A stretch of 64,000 nucleotides of DNA from an uncultured Enterobacteriaceae bacterium (GCA_964617355.1 CAZTXP010000119.1:2186-66185), one strand, 5' to 3'; counted from the stretch's first letter, positions 33,370 to 43,169 are shown. A program made the numbers and translations. Notes: a model not told the origin generated them from the letters alone.

Positions 33370-35460
33370 GTGGCACGGCTTTCGCTCGGCATCGACATCG
33401 GCGGCACCTTCACCGACCTCGTGGTCTACGACCCGGAGCGTCGCGTGTCGGCCTCGCACAAGGAACTCACCACCCCGGGCGCGCCCGAGGTCGGCACGAT
33501 CCGCGGCATCCGCAAGCTCTTCGAGGCGCAAGGCTTCGCCTATGGCGACGTCGCGCGCGTGGTGCACGCGACCACGCTCTTCACCAACGCGCTGATCGAG
33601 AGGAAGGGCGCGGTCACGGGCCTGATCACCACCGAGGGATTCCGCGACACCCTCGAAATGAGCCGCGAGCACAAGTACGAGCTCTACGACCTCTTCATCG
33701 AGCTGCCGCGGCCGCTGGTGCGCCGCAGCCTGAGGAAGGAAGTGCGCGAGCGCGTCGACGCGAAGGGCGCCGTCGAGGTGCCGCTCGACGTCGCCGGCGC
33801 GGTCGCCGCCGCAGGCGAACTGAAGGCGGCCGGCGTGACCTCGATCGCGATCGTGTTCCTGCACGCCTACGCGAATGCGGCGCACGAGCGCGCCGCGCGC
33901 GACGCGATCCTGGCGAAGTTCCCGGAGCTCTTCGTGTCGATCTCGTCGGAGGTCGCGCCGCAGATCCGCGAGTACGAGCGCAGCTCGACCACGGCGGCGA
34001 ACGCCTACGTGAAGCCGCTCGCCGACAAGTACCTCGCGCTGATGAGCCGCGAGATCGCGGGCCTCGGCATCCGCGCGCCCCTGTTCCTCATGCTTTCCTC
34101 GGGCGGCCTGACGCACGTCGACGAGGCCAAGCGCGTGCCGATCCAGCTGCTGGAGTCCGGCCCCGCCGCGGGCGCGCTCGCCGGCAGCTACTTCGGCGTG
34201 CGCGCCGACGCGCCGGACGTGCTCGCCTTCGACATGGGCGGCACCACCGCGAAGCTGGCCATGGTCGAGCAGGGCGAGCCGCTGATCGCACACCGCTTCG
34301 AGGCCAGCCGCGAGAAGCGCTTCGCCGAGGGCAGCGGCCTGCCGATCAATATCTCGACCATCGAGCTGATCGAGATCGGGGCGGGCGGCGGCAGCATCGC
34401 GAAGATCGATTCGATGGCGCTGCTCAAGGTCGGGCCGGAGAGCGCGGCGGCCGATCCGGGCCCCGCCTGCTACGGGCGAGGCGGCGCGTACGCGACCGTC
34501 ACCGACGCGAACCTGGTGCTCGGCTACCTCGACGCGGCGACCTTCGCCGGCGGCACCATCGCGATCGACCGCGCGAAGTCCGAGGCCGTGATCGCGCCGC
34601 TCGCCGAGCGGGCGAAGCTGCCGGCGGCGGAACTCGCGTGGGGCGTGCACTCGGTGGTGAACGAGAACATGGCGGCCGCGGCACGCGTGCACATGGCCGA
34701 GCGTGGCGCCGATGCGTCGCGCTTCTCGCTGCTCGTCACCGGTGGCGGCGGGCCGCTGCATGGCTGCGAGGTCGCGCGCCGCCTCGGCATCCGGCGCCTC
34801 GTCTGCCCCCCGAGCGCGGGCGTGGCCTCGGCGCTGGGCCTCTTGATGGCGCCGGCGCGCGTGGATCGCGTCGCCACCATCGCGCAGCGCCTGTCGCGCA
34901 TGGACTGGGCGGCGCTCGAGTCCGCGTACGCGGCGCTGGAGCGCGAGGGTCGCGCGGTGATTGCGGCGACGCTGACCGGCGATCCCGCGGTGAGCGTGGA
35001 GCGCGCCGCCGACCTGCGCTTCGTCGGCCAGGGCTTCGAGGTCGTCACCGTGCTGCCTGCGGGACCGTACGCTGCGGCGAGCGCCGCGCCGATCCGCGAG
35101 GCTTTCGAGGCGGCGTACCAGCGCATCTTCCGCTTCGTGCCGCCGGGGCTGGAGGTCGAGGTGATCAATATCCGCGTCGCGCTTACCGCCGCGGCGGCGG
35201 CGAGCGAGCTCGACGTGCCTGTCGGCGATGCTGCGGGTGCCGCGAAGCCGAAGGCGCGACGCGAAGCGTGGAGCGGCGACGACGGCCGTTACGTCGAGAT
35301 GCCGGTCTACGATCGCTACGCGCTCGGGCGCGGCGCGCGCGTCGCCGGCCCGGCGATCGTCGAGGAGGCGTCCAGCACCCTGATCCTGCCACGCGGCGCG
35401 AGCGCGACGGTGCACGCCTCGGGCAGCCTCGTCGTCGACCTGCCCGCCTCGGGAGGCTGA
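33370..35460 (+). CDS. hydantoinase A / oxoprolinase family protein
   Basis: LGIDIGGTFTDLVV N-terminal ASKHA motif and FDMGGTTAKL. 696 aa. Confidence 0.9.
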   Translation: MARLSLGIDIGGTFTDLVVYDPERRVSASHKELTTPGAPEVGTIRGIRKLFEAQGFAYGDVARVVHATTLFTNALIERKGAVTGLITTEGFRDTLEMSREHKYELYDLFIELPRPLVRRSLRKEVRERVDAKGAVEVPLDVAGAVAAAGELKAAGVTSIAIVFLHAYANAAHERAARDAILAKFPELFVSISSEVAPQIREYERSSTTAANAYVKPLADKYLALMSREIAGLGIRAPLFLMLSSGGLTHVDEAKRVPIQLLESGPAAGALAGSYFGVRADAPDVLAFDMGGTTAKLAMVEQGEPLIAHRFEASREKRFAEGSGLPINISTIELIEIGAGGGSIAKIDSMALLKVGPESAAADPGPACYGRGGAYATVTDANLVLGYLDAATFAGGTIAIDRAKSEAVIAPLAERAKLPAAELAWGVHSVVNENMAAAARVHMAERGADASRFSLLVTGGGGPLHGCEVARRLGIRRLVCPPSAGVASALGLLMAPARVDRVATIAQRLSRMDWAALESAYAALEREGRAVIAATLTGDPAVSVERAADLRFVGQGFEVVTVLPAGPYAAASAAPIREAFEAAYQRIFRFVPPGLEVEVINIRVALTAAAAASELDVPVGDAAGAAKPKARREAWSGDDGRYVEMPVYDRYALGRGARVAGPAIVEEASSTLILPRGASATVHASGSLVVDLPASGG

Positions 35461-35461
35461 G

Positions 35462-36250
35462 GTGGCGACCGAGCAGCTCGTCTCTTCGGTCGAGGGCGCG
35501 GTCGGCTGGGTCGTCTTCAGGAACGTCGAGAAGCACAACGCGATCTCGATGGCGATGGCCGAGCACATGCCCGGCGTAGTCGCGGCGCTCGAGCGCGACG
35601 AGCGCGTGCGCGTGATCGTGGTCACCGGCGCCGGCGAGAAGGCCTTCGCGGCGGGCTCGGACATCTCGGGCTTCGGCGAATCGCGCGCCGACCCGGAAGC
35701 GAACAGGCGCTACGACGACACGCACGAGCGCGCCTACGACGCGATCTACCGCGCATCCAAGCCCACGATCGCGATGATCCGCGGCTACTGCATCGGCGGA
35801 GGGCTCGACTTCGCAGCGAGCTGCGACCTGCGCATCGCCGCGGACGACGCGAGTTTCTCCGCGCCTGCCGGCAAGCTCGGGCTCGGCTACGGCTACCGCA
35901 GCGTGGTGCGCCTGCGCCGCGTGATCGGCGGGCCGGCGGCACGGGAGTTCCTGCTGTCGGCGAACCGCATCGGCGCCGCGGAGGCGCTGCGTCTCCGGCT
36001 GGTGCATCGCGTAGTGCCGGCGCTGTCGTTGCGTGAGGAAGTGCTCGCCTACGCCGCGACGCTGGCCGCGAACGCACCGCTTACGCTACGCGCGCTGAAG
36101 GCCTCGCTTGTCGACCTCGATTCCGATCCCGCGGACCGCGACCGCGAGGGCGTGCAGCGGCTGATCGACGCCTGCTTCTCGAGCGAGGACTACCAGGAGG
36201 GCCGCAGCGCCTTCGCGGCCAAGCGCAAGCCGGAGTTCCGCGGGCGGTAA
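35462..36250 (+). CDS. enoyl-CoA hydratase/isomerase (crotonase) family protein
   Basis: VIVVTGAGEKAFAAGSDI..IAMIRGYCIGGGLDFAASCDLRIA oxyanion-hole motifs. Starts 1 nt after the upstream stop. Confidence 0.9.
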   Translation: MATEQLVSSVEGAVGWVVFRNVEKHNAISMAMAEHMPGVVAALERDERVRVIVVTGAGEKAFAAGSDISGFGESRADPEANRRYDDTHERAYDAIYRASKPTIAMIRGYCIGGGLDFAASCDLRIAADDASFSAPAGKLGLGYGYRSVVRLRRVIGGPAAREFLLSANRIGAAEALRLRLVHRVVPALSLREEVLAYAATLAANAPLTLRALKASLVDLDSDPADRDREGVQRLIDACFSSEDYQEGRSAFAAKRKPEFRGR

Positions 36251-36281
36251 GATCCGGGGAACCTTCCCGGAGGCTTCACCG

Positions 36282-37237
36282 ATGACCCGATTCGCGTTCG
36301 TGCTCTTCCTGCTCGCGTGCAGTACGGCGCAGGCCCAGCCTTTCCCGTCGCGCCCGGTGCGCATGGTGGTGCCCTATGCGGCCGGCGGCCCGACCGACCA
36401 GCTCGCGCGCATCGTCGCCGGCGGCATGTCGCAGTCGCTCGGCGTGCCGGTGGTGGTCGAGAACAAGCCCGGCGCGAACACGCAGATCGGCACGGCGGAG
36501 GTGGCAAAGTCCCCGGGCGACGGCCACACCATCCTGATCGGCGGCATCACGCCGTTCGTGTTCAACCCGTTGATGTACTCGAAGCTGCCCTACGACCCCA
36601 GGGACCTCGCCGGCGTGGCGATGCTCGCGCGCTCGCAGCTGGTGCTGGTCGCGCTCCGTCGGTGCCGGCGAACAGCGTGCGCGAGCTCGTCGACCTGATG
36701 AAGTCCAGCCCCGGCAAGCTGAACTACGCGTCCGCCGGCAACGGGAACGTGCTGCACCTTGCGGCGGAACTCTTCCTGCGCACCTCGGGCACCACGGCGA
36801 CGCACGTGCCGTTCTCGGGCAGCGCGCCGGCGCTCACGAGCCTTCTCGGCGGCAACCTGCAGTTCATGTTCGACGTCATCATCACCTCGCTGCCGCACCT
36901 GAAGGCCGGCAAGCTGAAGGGCCTCGCCGCGACCGGGCAGAAGCGCTCGCCGCTGCTGCCCGACCTGCCTACGGTGGCCGAGTCCGGCTACCCGGCCTAC
37001 GAGGCCGCGACGTGGTTCGCGCTGTCGGCGCCGAAGTCGATTGCGCCGGACGTGTCCCGGCGGCTGAACGCGGCCGCGGCTGCGGCGCTGCGCGACCCCG
37101 CGGCGCACGCGAAGCTCGAGGCGCTGGCAATGGAGCCGCCGGCGGACGTGACTACCGACGACGTCGGCGCTCAGACCGAGCGCGACCTGAAGCGCTGGGG
37201 CGGGTTGATCCGGGAGTTGAACATCAAGCTGGACTGA
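36282..37237 (+). pseudogene. Bug/TctC-family gene interrupted by a 1-nt frameshift near 36651-36656
   Basis: The N-terminal half reads in the frame of ORF 36282-36698 (..RSQLVLVA). The family-conserved continuation PSVPANSVRELVDLMKSSPGKLNYASAGNG.. lies in the frame of ORF 36317-37237. Confidence 0.65.
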
Positions 37238-37247
37238 GCCGCATCGC

Positions 37248-38132
37248 TCAGCCGCCGCCGGCCGTGATCGCGCGGTGCATCCACGCCGCGGCCTGCGAGA
37301 CGCCGCCGAAGCTGAAGAGGTGCACGCCGACCACGTTGCAGGCGCCGTGCGTGGCGCAATAGCGTGCGATCGGCACCAGCTGCTCGGACGGGTCAGTGTG
37401 CGTGAAGAGCTTCACCGCGCCGAAGCCTTGCGAGCGCAGCGCGCGCAGCGAGGCGCTGACGCCGCAGCGCTGCGCGTAGCGCAGCAGCTTCATCGGGTCG
37501 GTCGGGCCGGCGAGGCCGACGTAGACCGGGATGCTCGGCGCGGTGCGCGCGAGGCCGGTGCAGTACTCGACCACGCGCGTCGGCGAGAACGAGAACTGGG
37601 TGAGCACGTGCGCGCCCAGCTTCTGCTCGCGCGCGATCGCGAGCTTCTCCGCGAGCGAGCGCTCCAGCACTGCCTTCGGGATCGACGGGTGCCCCTCCGG
37701 GTAGCCGGCCAGTCCGATCTCGCGGATGCCGCACTCGGCGAGCAGGCCGTCCCGCAGCATGGCTGCCGCGTCGCCGTAGGGTCCAGCAGGCTCGGGCGTG
37801 TCGCCGCCGATCACGAGGGCCTTGGCCACGCCCGCGTCCGCCACCGCGCGCACGAGGTAGGCCTGCAGCGCAAGGCGCGACTCGACCCGCCTCGCCGCGA
37901 TGTGCGGCACCGGCTCGAGGCCGGCCTCGCGCAGCGCGACCAGGGCGCTCAGCGACTGCGCCAGGCTGTGGCGCGGCAGGTGGTTGACGTAGACCTTGGT
38001 GCCGACCGGCAGTTCGGCTGCGATCGCGCGCGCGTCGCCGGCGCGGTCGGCGTTCATCTCGAGGGACCCGCAGGCGACGAGGTCCGCCATGGTGCGGGCG
38101 CGGGGTTCCGTTCGGGGGGCGGCGAGGGCCAT
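37248..38132 (-). CDS. methylenetetrahydrofolate reductase (MTHFR/MetF) family protein
   Basis: ALVIGGD..LAGYPEGHPSIP..VLTQFSFSP parallels E. coli MetF VALRGD..AAYPEVHPEA..ITQFFFD. ATG lies 2 nt after the upstream stop. Confidence 0.8.
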   Translation of the reverse strand: MALAAPRTEPRARTMADLVACGSLEMNADRAGDARAIAAELPVGTKVYVNHLPRHSLAQSLSALVALREAGLEPVPHIAARRVESRLALQAYLVRAVADAGVAKALVIGGDTPEPAGPYGDAAAMLRDGLLAECGIREIGLAGYPEGHPSIPKAVLERSLAEKLAIAREQKLGAHVLTQFSFSPTRVVEYCTGLARTAPSIPVYVGLAGPTDPMKLLRYAQRCGVSASLRALRSQGFGAVKLFTHTDPSEQLVPIARYCATHGACNVVGVHLFSFGGVSQAAAWMHRAITAGGG

Positions 38133-38134
38133 GT

Positions 38135-39550
38135 TCAGTTCCTCTTGCGGGAGACTACGTAGGATTCGTCCAGGAACCACAGGCCGCCGTGGGCCTGCAG
38201 CACGTCGCGCGTGGCGTCGAGGTAGCTTCGCTCGCCGACCACCTGCGCGAGCCGTTCGTCGTCGATCTGCGCGACGTAGACCGCCGCGTTCCAGGCCGCA
38301 AACAGCGTCGAAGTGCCGATGCTGTCGGCGATCTCGGTGGGCAGCGTGTGCATGTCGTAGCGGAACACCGCGCGCGGTTCGGAATAGGCGTTGAAGTTGA
38401 AGCGGCGCGACTCGCGGCCGAGGTCGGCGCGCACCGCGCGCAGCAGGTCGTGCCGGTCGGTGCGGAACGGCTCCTCGTCCGGCCAGATGCGGCGCACGAT
38501 CTCCATGCCCGGGTCGCCGCCCTTGGAGTGGATGCCGAGCAGGCGTCCGCCCGGGCCGAGGGCGCGCGCGAGCGGCGCGATCACGCGCGAGGCCTTGAAC
38601 TCGGCGGGCACGCGCGCGCGATACGGCTGCGACGCGATGACGAGGTCGTAGTCCGCGCGCACCTTGCCCCGCTTCGGGATGACGTCGTCGAGCAGGAAGC
38701 GGAAGTCTTCGCGATACAGCACCAGCGCCACCGGCCGCTCGTAGATCGGATTGCCGGTGCGCGGGCTGTGGCGCGCCTGCCAGTTCCTGGCCAGGAAGGG
38801 TTCCAGCGCGCCGATCTGCTCGCTGAACTCGTGCGCCGTGGTGCCGGTGAGCGCCACTTCCTTCCATTCGAGCGTCGACGCCGCCGACAGCGACTTCGGC
38901 GACAGCCACGGCGCCTCGGTGTAGTACATGTTGGTGACCACGAGCACCGTGGCCGGGTGCTCGAAGAAACGGTCGGCCATCTTGTCGAGCGATAGGCGCA
39001 CGTCCTCGAGGCTGATCTCCTTGCCGACGAAGTAGAACGGCATTGTGGCGAAGCGCCGGTGCATCTCGCGCATCACGCGCGTCAGCACGGTGCCGTCGCC
39101 CATGCCGGCGTCGAACACGCGCACCGCGGGCGGCGAGGGATGCAGGTGCGCGAGTTCCATGCCGATGCGGTGCGCGATGACTTCCTTCTCGCTGCACGTA
39201 TTGACGAAGAGCAGGTACTTCTGGCGGTTGTCGAAGAAGCGGAACTGGCGCGACGGCGGCTGCAGTTCCGGCGACGGCGCGGAGGCCGGCGCGGCGCTGG
39301 GGCGGACCAGCGCGCGCAATTCCGGCGGCGCGGCAGGGGTCGCCATGCCGTGGCGGTGCAGGTAGTCGCTGACGCGTTCCAGGGTCTCGGGCGTGATGCG
39401 CGCGCCGTCGCGCAGCCGCGCGACGAACTTGCCGTCGTTCACCGCGCGGCGCCCGAAGGTGGACTCCGCCACGCCGTGCGAACGGCAGAAGTCGGCGATG
39501 CTGTCGAGCAGCGATCCGCCCTGTGGTGCGCGCAGTGTTCCCGGCTCCAT
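38135..39550 (-). CDS. hypothetical protein: N-terminal HTH-like segment + Rossmann (class I methyltransferase-like) core
   Basis: ATG 39550 is preceded by GGGAGGG. VFDAGMGDGTVL resembles SAM-MTase motif I, and a later GPGGRLLG resembles the post-motif II/III region. No family recognised. Confidence 0.7.
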   Translation of the reverse strand: MEPGTLRAPQGGSLLDSIADFCRSHGVAESTFGRRAVNDGKFVARLRDGARITPETLERVSDYLHRHGMATPAAPPELRALVRPSAAPASAPSPELQPPSRQFRFFDNRQKYLLFVNTCSEKEVIAHRIGMELAHLHPSPPAVRVFDAGMGDGTVLTRVMREMHRRFATMPFYFVGKEISLEDVRLSLDKMADRFFEHPATVLVVTNMYYTEAPWLSPKSLSAASTLEWKEVALTGTTAHEFSEQIGALEPFLARNWQARHSPRTGNPIYERPVALVLYREDFRFLLDDVIPKRGKVRADYDLVIASQPYRARVPAEFKASRVIAPLARALGPGGRLLGIHSKGGDPGMEIVRRIWPDEEPFRTDRHDLLRAVRADLGRESRRFNFNAYSEPRAVFRYDMHTLPTEIADSIGTSTLFAAWNAAVYVAQIDDERLAQVVGERSYLDATRDVLQAHGGLWFLDESYVVSRKRN

Positions 39551-39650
39551 GAACCCTCCCACCCGCACCGTACCCAGCGGTGGGATGGGAGCGCAACCCC
39601 GTCTCGAATTCCCGTTGGTGGGATGCTGCCCACCAATAAGAATCAATGAC
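39551..39650 (-). promoter_or_regulatory. structured intercistronic leader (four complementary GGUGGG/CCCACC blocks, the last one inside the Shine-Dalgarno)
   Basis: Plus-strand CCCACC 39558-63, GGTGGGATG 39579-87, GGTGGGATG 39617-25, CCCACC 39629-34. See findings. Confidence 0.45.
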
Positions 39651-40550
39651 TTACTTCTGGTCGAAATCCTCGACCGGCTCGCGCCGGCGCTGGTCGCCGA
39701 TCAGGGCCTCGCGCAGCGTCTTGGACAGCCAGTCGATCAGGTACACCGCGACGATCACCATCAGGATGATCAGGCAGGCCTCGCGCAGCTCGTAGGCGCG
39801 CAGGCGATCCGCGAGCAGGAAGCCGATGCCGCCCGCGCCGACGATGCCGAGGATCGAGGCCGAGCGCACGTTGTGCTCGAACATGTACAGGGTGTTGGAG
39901 AGCATCATGGGCAGCACCTGCGGCAGCACGCCGAAGCGGATCTGCTCGATGCCGTTGCCGCCCGCGGCCTTGATGCCGTCCACCTGCTTGCGGTCGAGGT
40001 TCTCGATCGCCTCGGAATACAGCTTGATGAAGGTGCCCGTCTCGACGATCGCGATCGCCATGATGCCGGCGAGCGGCCCCAGGCCGATCGCGCGCACGAA
40101 GATCAGCGCCCAGATGAGGTAGTCGAAGGAACGCAGCAGGTCCGCGAAGCGGCGCGTGCCGAACTGCACCGGCCGCGCCGGCATCATGTTCTTCGACGCG
40201 AAGAACGACAGGGGGAACGCGAACACCGCGCCCATCAGCGTGCCGACCAGCGCCATGGCGATGGTCTCGCCCATCACCTTGAGGAACTCCGGAAGGTTGG
40301 CCCAGCCCGAGGGCGGGAAGAGCTGCGCGACCACGACGGAGGCGAACTTCGCCGCGCCGTGCAGGAACGCGGTCGACAGGAACCCGAAGTGCCAGAGGCA
40401 GTAGAGGGTCAGCGCGCCGCCCGCGCCCCAGAAGACCGTGCGTCGCGCGCGCTCGCCCTGCGCCGGCGCGAACAGCGCCGGGTGGCGGCCGCGGTCCTCG
40501 GCGATCGCGGCCGCGGTGAGGCCTTCGCTGGAGATGCGCGGCTTCGTCAT
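39651..40550 (-). CDS. phnE: phosphonate-type ABC transporter permease
   Basis: GETIAMALVGTLMGA..LIFVRAIGLGPLAGIMAIAI.TGTF.KLYSEAIENLD..GIKAAGGN..IRFGVLPQV are PhnE hallmarks. ATGA overlap with the upstream phnE. Confidence 0.85.
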   Translation of the reverse strand: MTKPRISSEGLTAAAIAEDRGRHPALFAPAQGERARRTVFWGAGGALTLYCLWHFGFLSTAFLHGAAKFASVVVAQLFPPSGWANLPEFLKVMGETIAMALVGTLMGAVFAFPLSFFASKNMMPARPVQFGTRRFADLLRSFDYLIWALIFVRAIGLGPLAGIMAIAIVETGTFIKLYSEAIENLDRKQVDGIKAAGGNGIEQIRFGVLPQVLPMMLSNTLYMFEHNVRSASILGIVGAGGIGFLLADRLRAYELREACLIILMVIVAVYLIDWLSKTLREALIGDQRRREPVEDFDQK

Positions 40551-41431
40551 TTCGCGAAGGTCGCCTTGCCGATGGCGCTGTGGCGGAACCACTCCGAGGC
40601 GACGTCGATCAGCATGATGGTCGCGACGATGATCAGCAGGATCGCGCCGGCGTCGGCGAAGTAGAGCAGCTGCACCGAGGTGAAGAGGTCATGGCCGATG
40701 CCGCCCGCGCCGACGAAGCCGACGATGGTGGCGCTCCTCACGTTAAGTTCCAGCCGCCAGAAGGTGTAGGACATGTAGTTCGGCACCACCTGTGGCAATA
40801 CGCCGAAGCGCAGCTCGTGGAACAGCGAGCCGCCGGAGGCGCGGATGCCGTCGATCGGCAGCGGGCTGATGTTCTCGTTCACCTCGGCAAAGAGCTTGCC
40901 CTGCGCGCCGATGGTGTGCACCGTGATCGCGAGGATGCCCGCGAGCGGCCCGATGCCGAAGGCGATGATGAACATCAGCGCCCAGACGATGTCCGGCACG
41001 GTGCGCGCCACTTCCAGCAGGCGGCGCGTGGCCCAGTAGATCGCGTAGTGCCGCGCGAGGTTGCGAGCGGCGAAGAAGCTGGCGAAGCCGCCGAGGGTGG
41101 TGCCGAGCACCGTGGCCGTCCAGGCCATCAGCAGAGTGTTCAGCAGGCTCTCCATCCACTTGCCGATGTCCCAGTACCACTCCTTCACGTCCGCGGCGAA
41201 CGTGGCCGCGCCGATCGGCGGCACCAGCTTGGAGAGGAAATCGGTGGTGCGCGGCAGTCCCTCGACGAGCTTGGCGACGTCGAACTTCGCCACCACGCCC
41301 GCGAGCACGACGCAGGCGACGAAGACGGCGCCGAAGAGGATCGTCGCCGCCCTGCGCTTCCTGCGGTGCGCGGCGTATTCGACGGCGAAGCGCGCAGCGG
41401 CGCCGGCCGGGGATCCCTGCAGTTCCGCCAC
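40547..41431 (-). CDS. phnE: phosphonate-type ABC transporter permease (second copy)
   Basis: LLMAWTATVLGTTLG..MFIIAFGIGPLAGILAITVHTIGAQGKLFAEVNENI..GIRASGGS..LRFGVLPQV. GTG start. Confidence 0.85.
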   Translation of the reverse strand: MAELQGSPAGAAARFAVEYAAHRRKRRAATILFGAVFVACVVLAGVVAKFDVAKLVEGLPRTTDFLSKLVPPIGAATFAADVKEWYWDIGKWMESLLNTLLMAWTATVLGTTLGGFASFFAARNLARHYAIYWATRRLLEVARTVPDIVWALMFIIAFGIGPLAGILAITVHTIGAQGKLFAEVNENISPLPIDGIRASGGSLFHELRFGVLPQVVPNYMSYTFWRLELNVRSATIVGFVGAGGIGHDLFTSVQLLYFADAGAILLIIVATIMLIDVASEWFRHSAIGKATFAK

Positions 41432-41440
41432 CCGGCAGCT

Positions 41441-42352
41441 CTACTTCGCGCGCCGGCGGCGCGACTCGCGCTCGTCCGCCGCGGCCTGGCACATCAGGCC
41501 GTAGTCCTTGTGCTGCACTGGGACGATGCCGGTGGTCTTGCCCTGCGCCACGGCTTCGGCGAGGTGCATGTCCACGTCCTTCAGGCCGGTGAAGAGCTTC
41601 AGCATGTCGGCGCGCATGTCCGCCGGGATGTCCTTGCGGATCACCACCGGCGGCGAGGGCAGCGGGTCGGAGGTCCAGATGATGCGGATGTCCTCGCGCT
41701 TGAGCAGACCCTGGTTCATCATCTGGCGGATATTGCCGAAGCCGTCGCCCTTCGAGGTCCACGTGAACGCGGCGTCGTAGGTGCCCTTCAGCACGCCGAG
41801 CACGCTCTGCACGTGGCCACCGGAGAGCGGGCTCTTGAAGTACTCGTCCACCGGCTTGCCCATCGCGCGGAACGCGGCGGTCGGGATCAGGTAGCCCGAA
41901 CCCGACAGCGGGTCGGTGCGCGCGACGATCTTGCCCTTCAGGTCGTCGATGGTCTTGTACGGGCTGTCGGACTTCACGACGACGACGGCGTTGTAGCCCA
42001 TCGAGCCGTCGACCGCGGCCGCGGCGACCAGCGGCTCGACGCCGCCCTTGGAGTCGGCGAAGGTCTGGCAGTAGCTGAAGCCCGAGAGCCAAGCAAGGTT
42101 GATCTGCCCGGCAATCAGCGCGTTCATCACGCCCGAGTAGTCGGTGGCCTGGTAGAGCTCCCACTTCGCGCCTGTGACCTTCTCGGCGTGCTTCAGGAAC
42201 GCGTCCATGGTCTTGGTGGTCGAGGTCTGCGTCTCCACGGGGATGACGCCGTACTTCACCACCGGGTACTTCTTCTGCCACTGGGCGTGGGCAGCCGACA
42301 GCGGGAGCAGGGCGGCGGACAGGGCGGCGACGGCGAGCGTGCGGATCTTCAT
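41441..42352 (-). CDS. phnD: phosphate/phosphite/phosphonate ABC transporter substrate-binding protein
   Basis: Signal peptide. VKYGVIP.E..ATDYSGVMNALIAGQINLAWLSGFSY..DPLSGSGYLIP is PhnD-family-like. Confidence 0.85.
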   Translation of the reverse strand: MKIRTLAVAALSAALLPLSAAHAQWQKKYPVVKYGVIPVETQTSTTKTMDAFLKHAEKVTGAKWELYQATDYSGVMNALIAGQINLAWLSGFSYCQTFADSKGGVEPLVAAAAVDGSMGYNAVVVVKSDSPYKTIDDLKGKIVARTDPLSGSGYLIPTAAFRAMGKPVDEYFKSPLSGGHVQSVLGVLKGTYDAAFTWTSKGDGFGNIRQMMNQGLLKREDIRIIWTSDPLPSPPVVIRKDIPADMRADMLKLFTGLKDVDMHLAEAVAQGKTTGIVPVQHKDYGLMCQAAADERESRRRRAK

Positions 42353-42365
42353 GGGGGACTCCTCC

Positions 42366-43169
42366 TCAGTGCGCGGTCGAGGTCGCGGTGAGCGCGAGCT
42401 CGACCTCCTCTTCGTTGGCGGCGCCGCTGCCGTAGAGCTCGCGGGCGAGCGACTCCGAAAGCTCGGACGGCTTGCCGTCGAACACGACGGCGCCCTTCCT
42501 CATGCCGATGATGCGGTCACAGTAGTCGCGCGCGGTCTGCAGCAGGTGCAGGTTCGAGATCACGGTGATGCCATCCTCGCGGTTGATGCGCCGCAGGGAA
42601 TCCATCACGATGGTCGCGTTTCGCAGGTCGAGCGACGCGATCGGCTCGTCGGCCAGCAGGATCTTCGGCTCCTGCACCAGCGCGCGGGCGATGGCGACGC
42701 GCTGCTGCTGGCCGCCGGAGAGTTCGTCCGCGCGATGCAGGCCGTGCGACACCATGTCGAGGCGCTCCAACGCGCGCACGGCGAGGGCGCGGTCGGCGTC
42801 CGAGAACATCATCAGCAGCGTCGTCAGCGTCGGGTGGTAGCTGATGCGGCCCATCAGCACGTTGGTCATCACCGACAGTCGCGGCACGAGGTTGAATTGC
42901 TGGAACACCATCGCGCAGCGGGCCCGCCACTCGCGCAACTCCCGACCGCGCAGGGCGCAGACGTCGACTTCGCGCCCGGACACGTCGTCGCAGACGATGC
43001 GGCCCGAGGTGGCGTCGGTGAGCCGGTTGAGCATGCGCAGCAGCGTCGACTTGCCGGCCCCGGAACGCCCGATGATGCCGACCATCTGCCCCGTCGGCAC
43101 CTCGAACGACACGTTGTCGACCGCGACCAGCGACCCGAACTGGCGGGTCAGCTTCTCGACCTTCAGCAT
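42366..43169 (-). CDS. phnC: phosphonate-type ABC transporter ATP-binding protein
   Basis: [66 protein letters not shown] Shine-Dalgarno upstream. Confidence 0.9.
   Translation of the reverse strand: MLKVEKLTRQFGSLVAVDNVSFEVPTGQMVGIIGRSGAGKSTLLRMLNRLTDATSGRIVCDDVSGREVDVCALRGRELREWRARCAMVFQQFNLVPRLSVMTNVLMGRISYHPTLTTLLMMFSDADRALAVRALERLDMVSHGLHRADELSGGQQQRVAIARALVQEPKILLADEPIASLDLRNATIVMDSLRRINREDGITVISNLHLLQTARDYCDRIIGMRKGAVVFDGKPSELSESLARELYGSGAANEEEVELALTATSTAH

Noticed and set aside
31782-35664. 1265-aa plus-strand and 1230-aa minus-strand ORFs across the hydantoinase genes
   Set aside because: These are off-frame and antisense shadows of the HyuB/HyuA-family genes. They have biased Arg/Ala/Gly composition, whereas the chosen frames contain ASKHA-fold and hydantoinase B motifs.
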